Assembly (NCBI GenBank): GCA_002633005.1 | Contig: NMRA01000379.1 | Coordinates: 310,001 to 374,000, forward strand | DNA: 64,000 bases | Source of the DNA: Phoronis australis | Taxonomy: Eukaryota; Animalia; Phoronida | Direction: 5' to 3' | Part shown: piece after piece, positions 40,042-53,500 of the stretch | Position numbering within the stretch: position 1 is the first letter of the stretch | Layout of the letters: each line of letters opens with the position of its first letter | The notes under the pieces: model-generated | Databases searched by the model: none | Seen by the model: only the letters and a program-made list of their open reading frames with translations | What the model was told of the DNA's origin: nothing | Made by a program: the position numbers and the translations under genes

Positions 40042-41355
40042 TATTACAGAATGGCTTACCCTAACTTTCTTGTTAACTCTCGTGAGGGTTTATTCTTGCG
40101 CTGAGTTAAGCTTCCGCCTTGATGTCTTGACAAAGAATTCAACATCATTTGTTGTGAAAACTTTTAGTGTACACTGTATATTTGTGCTTGCTGCAGAACC
40201 AGAGGCTTCTTTCTTGGCATAGGTATTTATTGGTTACTGGCTGTTGACGGTAACCTAAACAGTCATTTGTGGACTATCCGAAGTGATAAGTATGCCCATA
40301 GTGAATAGTTATTGTTCCGTGGACTGTGGACTAACGAGATAGTGTTGATTGTTTTAGAGCTTGTGTTGGCATAATGTTGCTTTGATTGTACTGGATTATA
40401 ATGCTGTCTCAACAATGTGAGATTCTTCATCCTCCTTGGTATGGATATTTCTTGTTGTTTATAAGAGGTATGCATGCTTTTCTGATAGTGATCATATGTT
40501 AGTTACCCTGCCCCCACCCCAGAGTCCTCTGGCAAATATGATTGAAAGTGTTACCATGAATCATTCAGCCAGCATTTCTCAGGCTCCCATCATGTATTAA
40601 CCGTTAGCGATTGTGTGTTTTAGATCTTGATATGATTGCATGCATGCATGTTCTCTCAAACTGACTTCATAAATTGTCCAACAGTTTAACCTGTCATTGC
40701 TCCTCCTGTGTTTTAAGTCATTTGATAGTGTTGTTCATTGTCTTGAGTTAAAAATGTTTTGTCTCATGGTTGCGACCACTAAAAGCTAGATCATGTGTTC
40801 TAAATTATTCTGTCTTCATGAAACCCATGTTGATGGATTGGAAATGTAGCGAATAAACAATATCAAATTGTGTTCAGTATTGCCACTTTACTTGGCCCTC
40901 TTTCAGATGGGAATGTCCTGGGGTAGATCTGACAATTGTGACAATATCAAGCTACACGAACAACACTACTCAGGCACTCGCTTACATGGCTTGCAAACCT
41001 GTAAACTCAGGTCACTGAGTGGCAAACAGGGCTCCACTCACCTAAAGGCATAACAGCTCGGTCTGAGCCATGTTTCCCAGGGAAGGCACGTTTTTTTTTT
41101 TGGATTTGCAAGTGGAATTTTGTTGGTGCGGTGTGGGCAGTGCTATAAGTTAACTTGTAGGTGATCCTTGTTAATGAATGTGGAGCTATATGAAAGAGCA
41201 GTGTTGTTGGGGTAGCCTGAGTGTGCCTAAATTCTCACTGTGAACACTCCCTATTGGAAAAATCATTCGCATTAGGTAATGTTCACATTCCTAAATTTAA
41301 TTTTTGAAAATCCAAGTAAAAAACACTACGTTTCATACATAGGAACAATAATTAA

Positions 41356-41361
41356 TTTATT
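41356..41361 (-). terminator. Candidate polyadenylation signal of CCNB1IP1
   Basis: AATAAA on minus strand about 165 nt downstream of the stop codon at 41525. Confidence 0.5.
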
Positions 41362-41524
41362 GATACTTCACGTGAGGAAATGCTTCACAGACACCAAATT
41401 AGTAACATCAAAACGTTAAATGAGTACAAAATTGAACAGAAACATGACTGAATGATCCAAAATGTGTTCCAAGCTTCACCAAAAACTGGAGTGTTGTTAT
41501 GTGCTTTCAGGCGAATCACTGTGC

Positions 41525-44500
41525 TTACTTTTTGGGTCCTTGACGTCTTGATGTTGGTGTGTTAAGTTCCATGTTAAATCGGGATTGTATCGAAGAGGTA
41601 TCGTGCCCTGATATCGGGGTGACATTCGGACGTAACACGAAGTCCCCTGAAAATATTAGCCTTCTGTGATGGTTTGCCGATCTATTTTGACACGGAGAAA
41701 GGGATCCGGTATGAAAGTTCACAAAACTGCAATGTGGCCAGTCGGATAATCACAGGGCTTTGGTTGCATTTTGCACCGTTCAGCTGGATAAAAACAAACA
41801 TGGAAATTGGTCCTCCACTCTCGTAAAATCGATCTCCTTACCATGATAGAATTCTATTTCCTTACTAACTCGCACGACAGGCAATATAATGCATACGCTC
41901 ACCCGGGGGGGGGGGTCGAACTCTTGGCAAAGTGGGCAAAAAGGTTCGCCTGGAAAAACAGAAACTCCGAAAAAAGTAGAAAACGCGACAATTAAGTCCA
42001 CTAAAGAGGCAGGAACTAACAAAATTCGGCGAAAGCGCAATTCATAGCTCTGAACGTACCCTGTAAATCTTAGTAAAAAGATCCACATTCTCAAAAATTC
42101 GAGCCCCCCATTTTTTAGGCTGGGTGCGTGCATGAAATGTGTACATGCGTTAATCCGGAATTCGCAATTTCAGCGTCGGCTTACCCCAATACAACCTGGA
42201 GAGTTTTCTGTAGTCGCTAATGGTTTCAGTGTTCTTCGGAAACAGTAAGGAATGTATCCGAACTGTTTTATGAGAGCCTAAGGCCTAATTAGATTTTCGT
42301 TTCTTGACAGCCACACAGGACGAAATAAAACTTTAACTTAGCCCGTTACCATCACTAAAGTGAACGGGTCTAGGTCTAGTTAAAAGCTTTAGACAAATGG
42401 GAATTGCATCACGTAAATAACGAAAAATGCCACTTCTTACGTTCAGGTGGTGATTGGGGTCGATCACCGTCACCGCGTGCATCCCTGAGTAAGTCTGAAA
42501 GGTAATCAAAGACATTTGAATGGTATGTGCATTCTGAACTACAGAATTTTAACTGAAGATTTGAATTACGCTAATGGAGACAACTAAAGAGAGGATGGGG
42601 GGAGGGGAGAGGCAGACGTGAAATCGTTATCGATTGGGCGAGTGGAAATGCAATATTTCGTCGGACATGAGGACTCACTAGCATGCAGAGGTTTGGTGAT
42701 GCTAGGGGGAATTTTTATTGGATGCTCCTCTCTCTGCTCAAATGCATGGATCCTAATACCAAGACTTATGAAACATAACACAGAAACTGTAATAACTTTA
42801 TCTACAAATTAGTCACACTTTAAAACAAAATATTGTTTATTCACGAAATGCCCTCCGATGTGGATGCCTGAGGCAGTTGGCCCCACGTTATGGACTTGTG
42901 GGCTTTCCAAAATCCACGAAGGTCGAGANATAAAAACATAAGCAACACAATGTACATTTAATCGTGGGTCTTCTATCGGAAACATTTGTCATTGCAGACT
43001 GGCTGAACACCTCATAGCAATGAACAGGTGGACAAAGTTGACCCCAGTGGTCTCTGGAGTCGCTTTTTGGAATGGTGTTGTAAAAACAACACTATTTTCA
43101 TTGTAGGGGTTAATTCCATAATCCTGATTGAGCCTTTCGTAGGGATTGCTGGACTGCTGATTGCGGCTACTTTTGACATGAATAACGTGATTATTCAATA
43201 CAAGGAAAAATGAATGAATTTGGCAAGGGAAAATGTGTTGGACTGTGATTCAACTTTTCGTAAGAGTGACAGGTATCACAGAAGCTTGAATAAGCCCAAG
43301 CGGCCTACGAAATGTTCTTTAAAATTCTGAAATAAGTCTTGCAAAGCTTTACGGAACCGCTCGGAACCGGGTGTTTCATCTGCCTTGCTGGGGTGCAGCT
43401 GAAAACCCTCCCCCGTGAGAGTTTTAAGAATATTTCTTAATGTAACCTGCTCCTGACGACATGACGAATGGCATACAGTCGGCGATGGCACGAGCGTTAT
43501 TACGGTGACGGGGTGTTGATGGCAGATCACATTCAAACTTTGACGGGGATATGCATTTCCGTCTCAATGCTTCGTACATACTCTGTAAGATATAAGGAAT
43601 TAGATTAGAGTTAATGCCTTACCTTTCACCTACACGGAAGAGAATGAAACACGTTAAAATATGTAACTTTTTGATTCAGCGTTTGAAAATTATGACTCAA
43701 AATTTGAACAAATGTAACGAAAAACGATACTAGTTATGCATTTTAAAATTTTTCCAATTAAAAGAGATCTTGGATTTTTGCTACGAAGTGCTGTGACTGT
43801 TCAGACCCGTAGGAAGGTAAAAATTATGGTGGTGGGGACATAAACTAATTCGACTACGTTGAACTTTGTACCACCCACGTGGTCCTAAATTTCAGATTAA
43901 TCTCTGTTGCTATCGTTTCCGTCTCGCCCCCGCCAATTTCGCGCACACTACAGACACGCTGCAATTCTCGAGTAGGCAGCCTCCAGAAACTTGGTTATTC
44001 ATGCTTAAGCCATTAAATTCCATGAAAATTTTTATTTTGAACCTGTACACGTTAGTCACTAAACGTGTTTAGGATAAGATTTTGAATTTGTATTGTTTTA
44101 TGAAATTCACGTTATGATGTTAAAACGACGCCCTGCCAAAAAAAATTTGAGGTGTATAAGAGAAACGCGAGGAACCCCAATCGCGGGCTACGATATCAGG
44201 TGACGATACGGAGAGAAATAACATCATCGCAGAATTTAGAACATGTAGACGGAACACTGTCTCACAAACTCCGGTTATAGCTTCGTTTACTTTGCAGTGT
44301 GAAGATCCACTTCATAAGGCTTCAGTTTGGAGAAATTTCATTTTGTTTGGGTTATGCTTTGAAGACACATTTTGAAAAGGGGCCGTTCGGGATCGAAGTA
44401 CCTTAGGGTCGAAGTACCTTAGGGCTCCTTTGAAACTCCTTGTAGAATGGCTGCCTCTCCGGGGAAAAATGATATAAAACTGATGGAATTTCATCAGCTT

Positions 44501-47500
44501 ACATCAAAGTTAAGAAAACACCAATTCTTTAGACTGTTATTTCACAACGTCAAAAATCGTCCAGTATACTTTGTTTTTGTCGGACAAATGATACAGATTC
44601 TCCCCAAGTTCAGCCTGTATCCATGTTCACTAAACTAAAGCATCATCATTTTTTACGAGATTAGTTTCCAACTATTGGAGAAAAATCAAAAAAATATATA
44701 ACCAATATTTCTGAACATTTATCTTATGGTGGAGTGGTGAATATTATGTGGGTCACGGCTCTATAAACGTGATACGCGCAGGATAGGTACGGAATACCAT
44801 AAAACACGAATGAAAATTAAAGGGACGGACGAGAAAATCGCAGAAACGAACCCACTAGCTCCTCAATAACTGCTGAATGCTCTGCCGCTGAGACAAATAC
44901 CACGCATTAAATAGTATTTTAAGCGTATTTAAATGAGTTTTATTTCAGCAAATTTCCTTTATACAATTGCGAATATTGGAGATTTGTTATAAAATCTCGA
45001 AATGAACTGATTTTATTGATTTACAGCTTAAATTTGGTCAAAGCTAATAACTTTAAGAAGTCTCTCGTTTTTCGGCAGTAAAAACGCTAATGTCCCTCTA
45101 AGGTACCAGATGGGTCTATCAAACTTGCATGCGTTAATTGCTACTTAATGCCAGATGAGTACCCGATACTAGGTAAGCACGGGCTAATTGCTTATGAGAT
45201 GAAAACGGCAAACTGAATGAAACATCAAAACAAATCACCATGAATCCGTCAATTTTCGGAGATACATAAACATGTTAATAAAAAAAAACAGTGATCTTGG
45301 TTGCTGGATGGTATTTTTCAAATCCGTACTTCATTGTGCTTGCAAATACATGACTGGCAACTGGGAGAGTAAGGGAGACGATGCATCCAACTAGGGTTTA
45401 GCCCTCTCCCCTTAAATGTTACACTCTTGCGACAGTCTATTACAGTTAATGGGATAAACTTCTACCCACAGAATTGCAGAAATCTTTGTTAACGATTGCC
45501 AGTACATGAACTATGAGTACCTTCAAGTGATATTATGGGCGAGAAAAATTATTTTCTCAAATCAGTCCTTGTGCGGATTCGCACCGGGAAACTTTGCGTT
45601 CCCAGATAAACGCTCACGTGCTAAATAGTGGCCATGGATGCCGTCTACGGGCATCTTCCAAGGACAGATGCCCCGAAATTGTAATAGAAGTTCAAAACAG
45701 GAAATGAGCACCCACTGATACTACTGGCTAGAATTAGGGGCCCTTCTGGGCCATCAAGTTCGCAATTGATGTTACATGTATACGCCGGCGACAGATGACT
45801 CTAATTATTCCTTGCTTTGCATCCCCTAAAAACTATTTTCCCGATTTTTGAAAATCTTAATTAATTTGTTCTAAAAATATGCGCATAAAACGTTCTCTAC
45901 GGCCTTTTTGAAGTGTGTTGAATGGCAGCATGTTCTGAAATGCCTTTAGGCAATCTATTCTCTGAATAAATGGGACGACACCCTAACAAAAATATCGTTA
46001 CGTCTGGCGAGGCCCTCAAAGGGTAAATTCAGGACTGGTAAATGCTCTTTTTAATTGTTCCTCTTCTACATAAAGTCCCTGGACCTACGCCTATGCCGGT
46101 CTTCACAAGTTTCACCCTAGCTGACGCCTGCAAATTATTGGGGGTCACGTGACCCCCGTATCCTAAGGCTCTTTTGTTCTCAGAAACCTTTGATGGTCTA
46201 GTTCTAGTCATCTGAATACAAACATAAAGCTGTTACTAAAAAGCTTATTTCTGCACTATTTCTGAGATTTGAAAAAAAAACATGATATTCAGTCATAGTT
46301 TCATTCTCACATAAGAATTTTCATTGTGTTGTCATGCGCGAGCCCGGGGAGGGGGGGGGTNTACACTCTTGCGACAGTCTATTACAGTTAATGGGATAAA
46401 CTTCTACCCAAAGAGTTGCAGAAATCTTTGTTAACGATTACCAGTACATGAACTATGAGTGCCTTCAAGTGATATTATGGGCGAGAAAAATTATTTTCTC
46501 AAATCAGACCCAATGCGGATTCGCACCGGGAAACTTTGCGTTCCCAGATAAACGCTCACGTGCTAAATAGTGGCCATGGATGCCGTCTACGGGCATCTTC
46601 CAAGGACAGATGCCCCGAAATTGTAATAGAAGTTCAAAACAGGAAATGAGCACCCACTGATACTACTGGCTAGAATTAGGGGCCCCTCTCGGCCATCAAG
46701 TTCCCAATTGATGTTACATGTATACGCCGGCGACAGATGACTATAATTATTCTTTGCTTTGCATCCCCTTAAAACTATTTTCCCGATTTTTGAAAATCTT
46801 AATTAATTTGTTCTAAAAATATGCGCATAAAACGTTCTCTACGGCCTTTTTGAAGTGTGTTGAATGCCAGAATGTTCTGTGTCACGTTTTTCTCCGTGTG
46901 TGGGTGGGCGCAGGTTGTTACAGACCGGTGCTAATAGCGATTCAATAACCTGCTGTCTCTATAGCTGGCTCTCTATTGACTGTCGCTGTAACTGCTGATT
47001 CTCTTCACTGCAACTCAACTGTAATCTCCTGATTAACTTTCTTGAACTGACTTAATCTCCCGACTTGATCTTCTTGGACTCAACTGACTAACACAAACCC
47101 GTGCTTGTGTATTTATAGCCTAATGCATTGTTCTAGAAATTTTCATCAATTCAAGCACATACCAGAACTTTCTGGAACCCACCCAATCATTCTACAAACA
47201 TGTACTAGTCTCTAGAATATTCCAGACTGCATTAATCACTGTCATGCTAGAGTCTTCTAGAAAGTTCCACACTATACTGTAGTAAACAAATTACATCATC
47301 ACTGTTCTGACCTCAGTCTTCTAGAAAGTTCCACACTATTTTGTAGTAAACAAATTACATCATCACTGTACTTAACTCAGGAGTCATGCCAATCAAACAG
47401 AACAACAAAACAAAACAATACAGTAAAAATACTGTCAAACCATATTCTGACATTCTGAAACGCCTTTAGACAATCTATTCTCTGAAAAAATGGGACGACA

Positions 47501-50500
47501 CCCTAACAAAAATATCGTTACGTCTGGCGAGGCCCTCAAAGGGTAAATTCAGGACTGGTAAATGCTCTGTTTAATTATTCCTCTTCTACATATAGTCCCT
47601 GGCCCTACGCCTATGCCGGTCTTCACAACTAGTTTCACCCTAGCTGACGCCTGCAAATTACTGGGGGTCACGTGACCCCCGTATCCTAAGGCTCTTTTGT
47701 TCTCAGAAACCTTTCATGGTCTAGTTCTAGTCATCAGAATACAAGCATAAAGCTGTTACTAAAAAGATTATTTCTGTACTATTTTTGAGATTTGAAAAAA
47801 ACACGATATTCAGTTATAGTTTCATTCTCACATAAGAATTTTCATAGTGTTGTCGTGCGCGAGCCCGGGGGGGGGGTTGGGGGCTCCAACGGACACCCCA
47901 TTTAGCGAAGTGGATCAGTCCACCTCAGAGAAACAAAAACTCCAAAAAAGTAGAAAACGAGACAAAAGTCCACTAAAAAGGCAGGAACTACCAAAATTCG
48001 GCGAATGCCCAAGCGTGTTGCCAACACTAGCGTGAAATAATGAACTGAGATAAACACGACAGTCATCACATGCAAGTTTTGGTCATTTCTTCACAATCTG
48101 TGCACGTGTTAGCACAGTGTTACTACATGAGAAAATACCAGAAAGTAAGTTCTGTAAACTAATGAACTCATGTTCGAGAGCAGCAGCATTATGAGTTTTT
48201 GTCATCAATTTTCACGGTATCCCGGAGGCAAACCCAATATGGTTACCTGGCCTATTGTTTCATTACGTGCTACACCTTGTTTGTCAACCATTAGATATCA
48301 CAACACTAAACATTAGGTGCTAAACTAGGTTTCCCAACTCCCAACGGTTTTTGGACTCATCCTGCTTTCTTTAGAGTCAACAACCATTCAAGAGCAGTGG
48401 TAAAGAGTGAATAACAAAGATGGGATAAAAACGAAAACTGCATTTTTTTCATTTCTTTCGTAAAATTGAAGACTCAACGACTAACCTAGGAGTAGTCCTA
48501 GGACCAACTAAACACAATTGAAATCCAAAATACAAAGTTGAATTGTAGCACCCTCGATAATGAATTAGTCTAGAGGGCTATTGAACAACATATTTATCTG
48601 GAGTTAGTCTAGAGGGCCATTGAACAATACATTTACCTGCAATTTCTGATACTGTCGGCCTTTTTCTCGTAATTTTTCACAGGATTCATTCAATTTCTTC
48701 TCCTTCTCTTCAAGGTTTTTCTTTGTACCTAAATGTAACCATAGTCCACTTTTGTATCATTTTTATCTCTGGAAGAATCAAATCGAGGAAGTACATTAAT
48801 CTGCGAATTACGTTTTACTTTATTGACAACGACTACAATCTTGCAGTAACAGAAGACAAAAAGTTGAAAAAATACAAAATAAAACAACAACTAGTATAAA
48901 ACTGCACAAGATAACAATTAAATAAAATTTGTCTGATACTAAATCAACTTACTGGCCAGTTGAGACTTTAGTGCTGATTTAATGTAAGGAAAATTGCGAC
49001 AGACATCGACGTAAAATACGATTAAAAACACTAAATTAAATTGTTGTGCCGTCAGTCAATATGAAGAAAGAAACGAAATAACGGCTCATTATAGAGAATC
49101 CTGTACAAGTCTCAGGTTTATGGCATAGGCATAACTCCTAGTTTCGGCAAAAATCCCGAGACTTGCCCAGGGATTTTGACGCAATTCTGTTTTCTCACAT
49201 GAACTGTAAAAACGATCTTTTTGCCGAAAACATGTCTAAAACTCTCAACCACATTATCTAACTTTTGTAAAAACACACTTACGCAATGTAAAGTAAAGTC
49301 AGTTACTTTTATTTTTATTTTTATTTTAAGCTTAACTGTTGTAAACTGCATTTAGCTTTCGTTACAAACGTTCAAGTTAGAATCTAAAAATACTCTTTGA
49401 AGTTGTAACATAAAAACTCAACAAATGTTTATAAATGACACAATCAGCAGTGCTTCCAGGCACGTCCCCAAGCCTCAAGATGGCGTTGATCGGTTTAGCC
49501 ATTCGAGGCTTGGTTACGGGAATTACCTTCTGCGCAATGATTGGCCTTGACGAAAGGTAGCACTGTGGAATGTTGTTTATCATGACTTTTCATTCGTTAA
49601 AGTAATAAAACCGAAGTCATAACATTCAGTCATTCCCATCGGTTGAAATCAGTTTACGTAGTATGGCGACCACCTTTGACTTGAATAGTTGCAATTTATT
49701 AAAACAGGCAGTGATCTAAGTAAACAAAATCAATAGGAAACCCCGATCCCGTGGCTAAGCCCAAACAAGTCCAGTGCATAGAAAGCGTGTGCAAGTGGTG
49801 GCGATGTGATCGATAAACTTCTGACCAAGCATTCGCTTTGATGCCCACACACGGAATTCCATGTTTCCACAGGGCCACTTTTCAGTATAGGTGGCGCTGT
49901 GTTAACCTTGAGAGAGGTATTTGTGACGACAACAACGTGGCAAACCATGATCGGCCATTTTCAGGATCGATTCGATGTCCCATGCCACGGCGACTTTTTG
50001 TACTTCTGGGCATTCGCATTAGGAATGTGTTACCGAAAAGTGACAAATTTGGGGAGATTTTTCAAGTCATTTGCAGTGGCGGATTTAGAGGGGGGCCAAG
50101 GGGGCCATGCCCCCCCTAAAATTCTCCCAGTTTACATTTGTCAGATGGGGGATGCGAATGTCTGACGGGCAAAACTCCTGGCTAAAACTCTGCCATGCCC
50201 CCCTAACTCAAAATCCTGGATCCGCCCCTGATTTGCATCGGATTTTACAGTGTTCTATGTTTGTTGACGCATGACAAGGGACGTATCTCTTAGAGACGAC
50301 TTCAGAGGATACTGTTGATCTCGGCCTGTACGCGCCCTATAACTTGATCATAATATTGCTCCATCTGCGTTATCCGTTCTTTAAATTTGTTCGATGAATG
50401 TTCGTAGTATACGGTTTTTTGGTGAACCTAGAGAATGGAAATTAGGTTATTAAATCTCGGGCAAAAAGACGGGTGCTGAAGAGTTTCTGCAGCGTTTAAG

Positions 50501-53500
50501 AAATTGTTACAGTAAGTTTACGAGACAGTTGAGATACTGAACAACTAAAGCTGCATCCAGCACGCTTCTTTCCAGAATCGTGAACTCGGTTTTGCCTAAT
50601 ACAAAGACCTTTATTACAGATAATTGCCAACACACAAACATTGCCAGCACTTTTATCGACTCTTTTTGAATTTGGGGCTTACTATCAAGTAAACGGCTGT
50701 AGAAATGACTGCGGTAGCACGATAAATCCGCGCATTTTCATATTGTACCCTTTTCCCAGAACAACAGTACAGCTGTATACCACTTATTCTTACAACGCAC
50801 AAAAATTCAGCGGTTTGCGTTTGGTAAACTCATTTGCAGCATGGCATGAAGGCTTATGGAGCGAAAACCATTAATATTCTCCAGTGATTCAACATTACAG
50901 CCTCGCCGACCAATCAGCCAGCTGTCTGTCGTCCTACTGTCTAGCTTATGCTAATAAGGTTTCGAATCGGAGTGTACTCGTGAAAACTCGCCTTTCACTT
51001 CCCTGGTTTTGCGTGATCTCGCTTTTGTCGCATGTAACCAGCTCAACTGACGGACCGCACCTCTGGATTCGTGTGCGAGTGGATAGAGTTGTTAAGCGCA
51101 AGCTTGGTCAGTTTCAATGAGTGAGTGGCGGATAAATCGTAATAGACAGAAGAACCGAGTTTAACAATTCTTTCTATTAAGTGCATTAACATAAATAACA
51201 GTACTTTTAAAAAATAACAGTACTTTTAAAGAATAAAGTCTTTCACAAATGTTGGAGATAAAACACCAAACCTGATAATTCCAGAATGCAAGAGCTCTTG
51301 AGCAAATTTCCATGATGTTTTCTGGTTTTTGACCAGCAAGAACCATCTGCGTGAAACAATAATGCAAAGATTTATTAACGTATCTTAAAACAGGACCAAT
51401 CTCTTGACCTAAAGAGGAATCCACGAAATAGGTTGACTAATTACTCGAGACGACTCTCCATTTCGACAAATGATTTCTTCATATCAAATGTTGACTGCCG
51501 TTGGTATGAAAGGGTCAATTCTGGACTGACTGGTCAATCCTGTCAAGAGAGGCCTTGTTGTACTAGCGCAGAATGATCTTTTTTAGGATAGAGGACATTT
51601 TTCCATTTCATGGAAAGTTGGATGCAGATTTCAAATTGAAGCCCGTTCAGAAACCCTAGAACCTCGCTAAAAAGCAGGACTTAGCGGGATTGCGTGTGAT
51701 TTTGCCGTGTATTTTGAATGAGAACACGTAAGTTTGGTTACATTTTAGCTAAGTCCTAGCAGAGGACCTAGCATTACTGAACGCACGCCTTGTTTATGTT
51801 TTGTCATTCAAGTAGTGAGCAAGAGGGAATATTTCAAGAATAAAAATAGTCTTTGTGGAGGCAATCACGTTATCATTAAGTTTAAAGTGACATTATCGGA
51901 GAGATAAACTTTTTGTGAGATCAAGCCATGCCTGTAATTGAACTTGAAACTCTTGTACCGCAGCTAAAAGCTTAGCTGTTGTAACTAAATCCCATTCACA
52001 ATATAGCCGAATAAATATTAAATAATTAGTACACATAGTTCCATTTAAGTTGCCCAAAATTTGTGCATATGTACTTATAAAATCATTTGGTCAAACTTGT
52101 TAGATATATTTTGACGTCTATTTTTAGGTGATGTTTACCTCCTTGGTTCTAGGGTCAATGCACTCTAAAGATTCTTGAATTTTCTGAGATCAGATCGTAA
52201 CAGCTAATGATATTAGATAAGGTCACATGTTTTTTTATTAGCCAATCGTTAAATAAGCACATTATTAGAATTTGGGCAGAAGTCTGGAAAATACTCAGAT
52301 GGGATTTAGTAGTTGAGCCATATCATGGAAGGTTCTAAAGAGGGTCTTGGCAATGGCAAGGGTTAACGAACAGGAAATTAATTAAGTGCTTGTCACTTGC
52401 ATCGTGGGTAGTAAGATACATTTGTCTCACACGTTTATCAAAGTTAAATTCTGATTGGCTAGAACTATTAGCTTGATCGTCATGACGGAACAAAATATGG
52501 AACACTGAATATGGATCGTGTATTATGAAAGTTTATCTGTAGATAGACGATGTACTACTATCGTCAGGTGTTACATGGAGGACACATTATTGCACCATTA
52601 TCATCATCTTGGCAATTGTCATTGTAATAACTATGCAAGATTAAAGTATGGTATTGATTCATCGTGTTTGAAGAAACATTGAATCTTTCAGATAATAATG
52701 AAAAAGTAGCCACCTAAATTATGACAGCCACGGCCACACATACAAATACTTACCGATTTATACTGTTCACTAGGAGAAATCTCTGCGCGTACAATGTCAA
52801 ATTTTCCCGGTAGACTGGTGTTACCTAAAACATATTGGTCAATACAAAACGTATTACCGTATATGTATTCCAAACCACTTTCTCGCTTAGTTCCCCATAT
52901 AAGTGACAGGAGGCAATCTGGTGTGCTGATGAATGTCACAAAACTCTAGTAAATTGTCCAACTTGGTTAACTTTAAATGTTTTCTGTGTTTTTGATCTGT
53001 TAATCCATCCTCACACGTGTTCATAGGCACACAAAGATCTATTGTGGAAATTCTAAATAATTTACTTCATCTTAGATTGAAAGTCATGTGTTTTGGAGAC
53101 TTCTTTTGTCTTCCCCCGTTTACCCACGATGTGACTAGCCACTACAAATGATATCGATAAAGAGAGATTCATATACATTGTAAATTATTTCGATAAATAA
53201 AGCAATGGTAATTAGCATTCATGTACCTGACTCCTGGATTTTCTTCGAGGAGCATATCTATGATCCGTGCCCAGAGGAATCTTTCAGTGATTCGTGTCCA
53301 TATTAAGGCTCATACCTCGCCAGCTAGAGCAATTTTTCGAGATAAATGGTCGTTCAGAAAACGCTGCAACACGTACGTTATTGTACATGGACGTGTTTAG
53401 AGACAAATACTCACTAAGCGATAATATCACTAAGGGCTCGATACTACAGAACGACAAGATGCCAAAATACTCACAAGCCGGACAGGTGAATGATTTTTTA

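Noticed and set aside
42677-42760. Possible extra HEI10 exon (EEHPIKIPPSITKPLHA|gtgagt)
   Set aside because: Good donor, but no convincing phase-1 acceptor was found and an N at 42929 obscures the region; left out of the model, not excluded.
45560-45640. tRNA gene or tRNA-derived SINE head (GGTGCGAATCC B-box-like)
   Set aside because: No cloverleaf could be built; at most a degenerate SINE fragment.
46029-46211. 60-aa minus-strand ORF as an extra HEI10 exon
   Set aside because: No HEI10 similarity; the AG acceptor is TG in the duplicate copy; the flanking exons already join in frame.
41525-49210. Array of alternative terminal exons on the minus strand
   Set aside because: The initial impression was explained by ordinary HEI10 exons; the remaining acceptor-like sites (41786, 49204) have no support.
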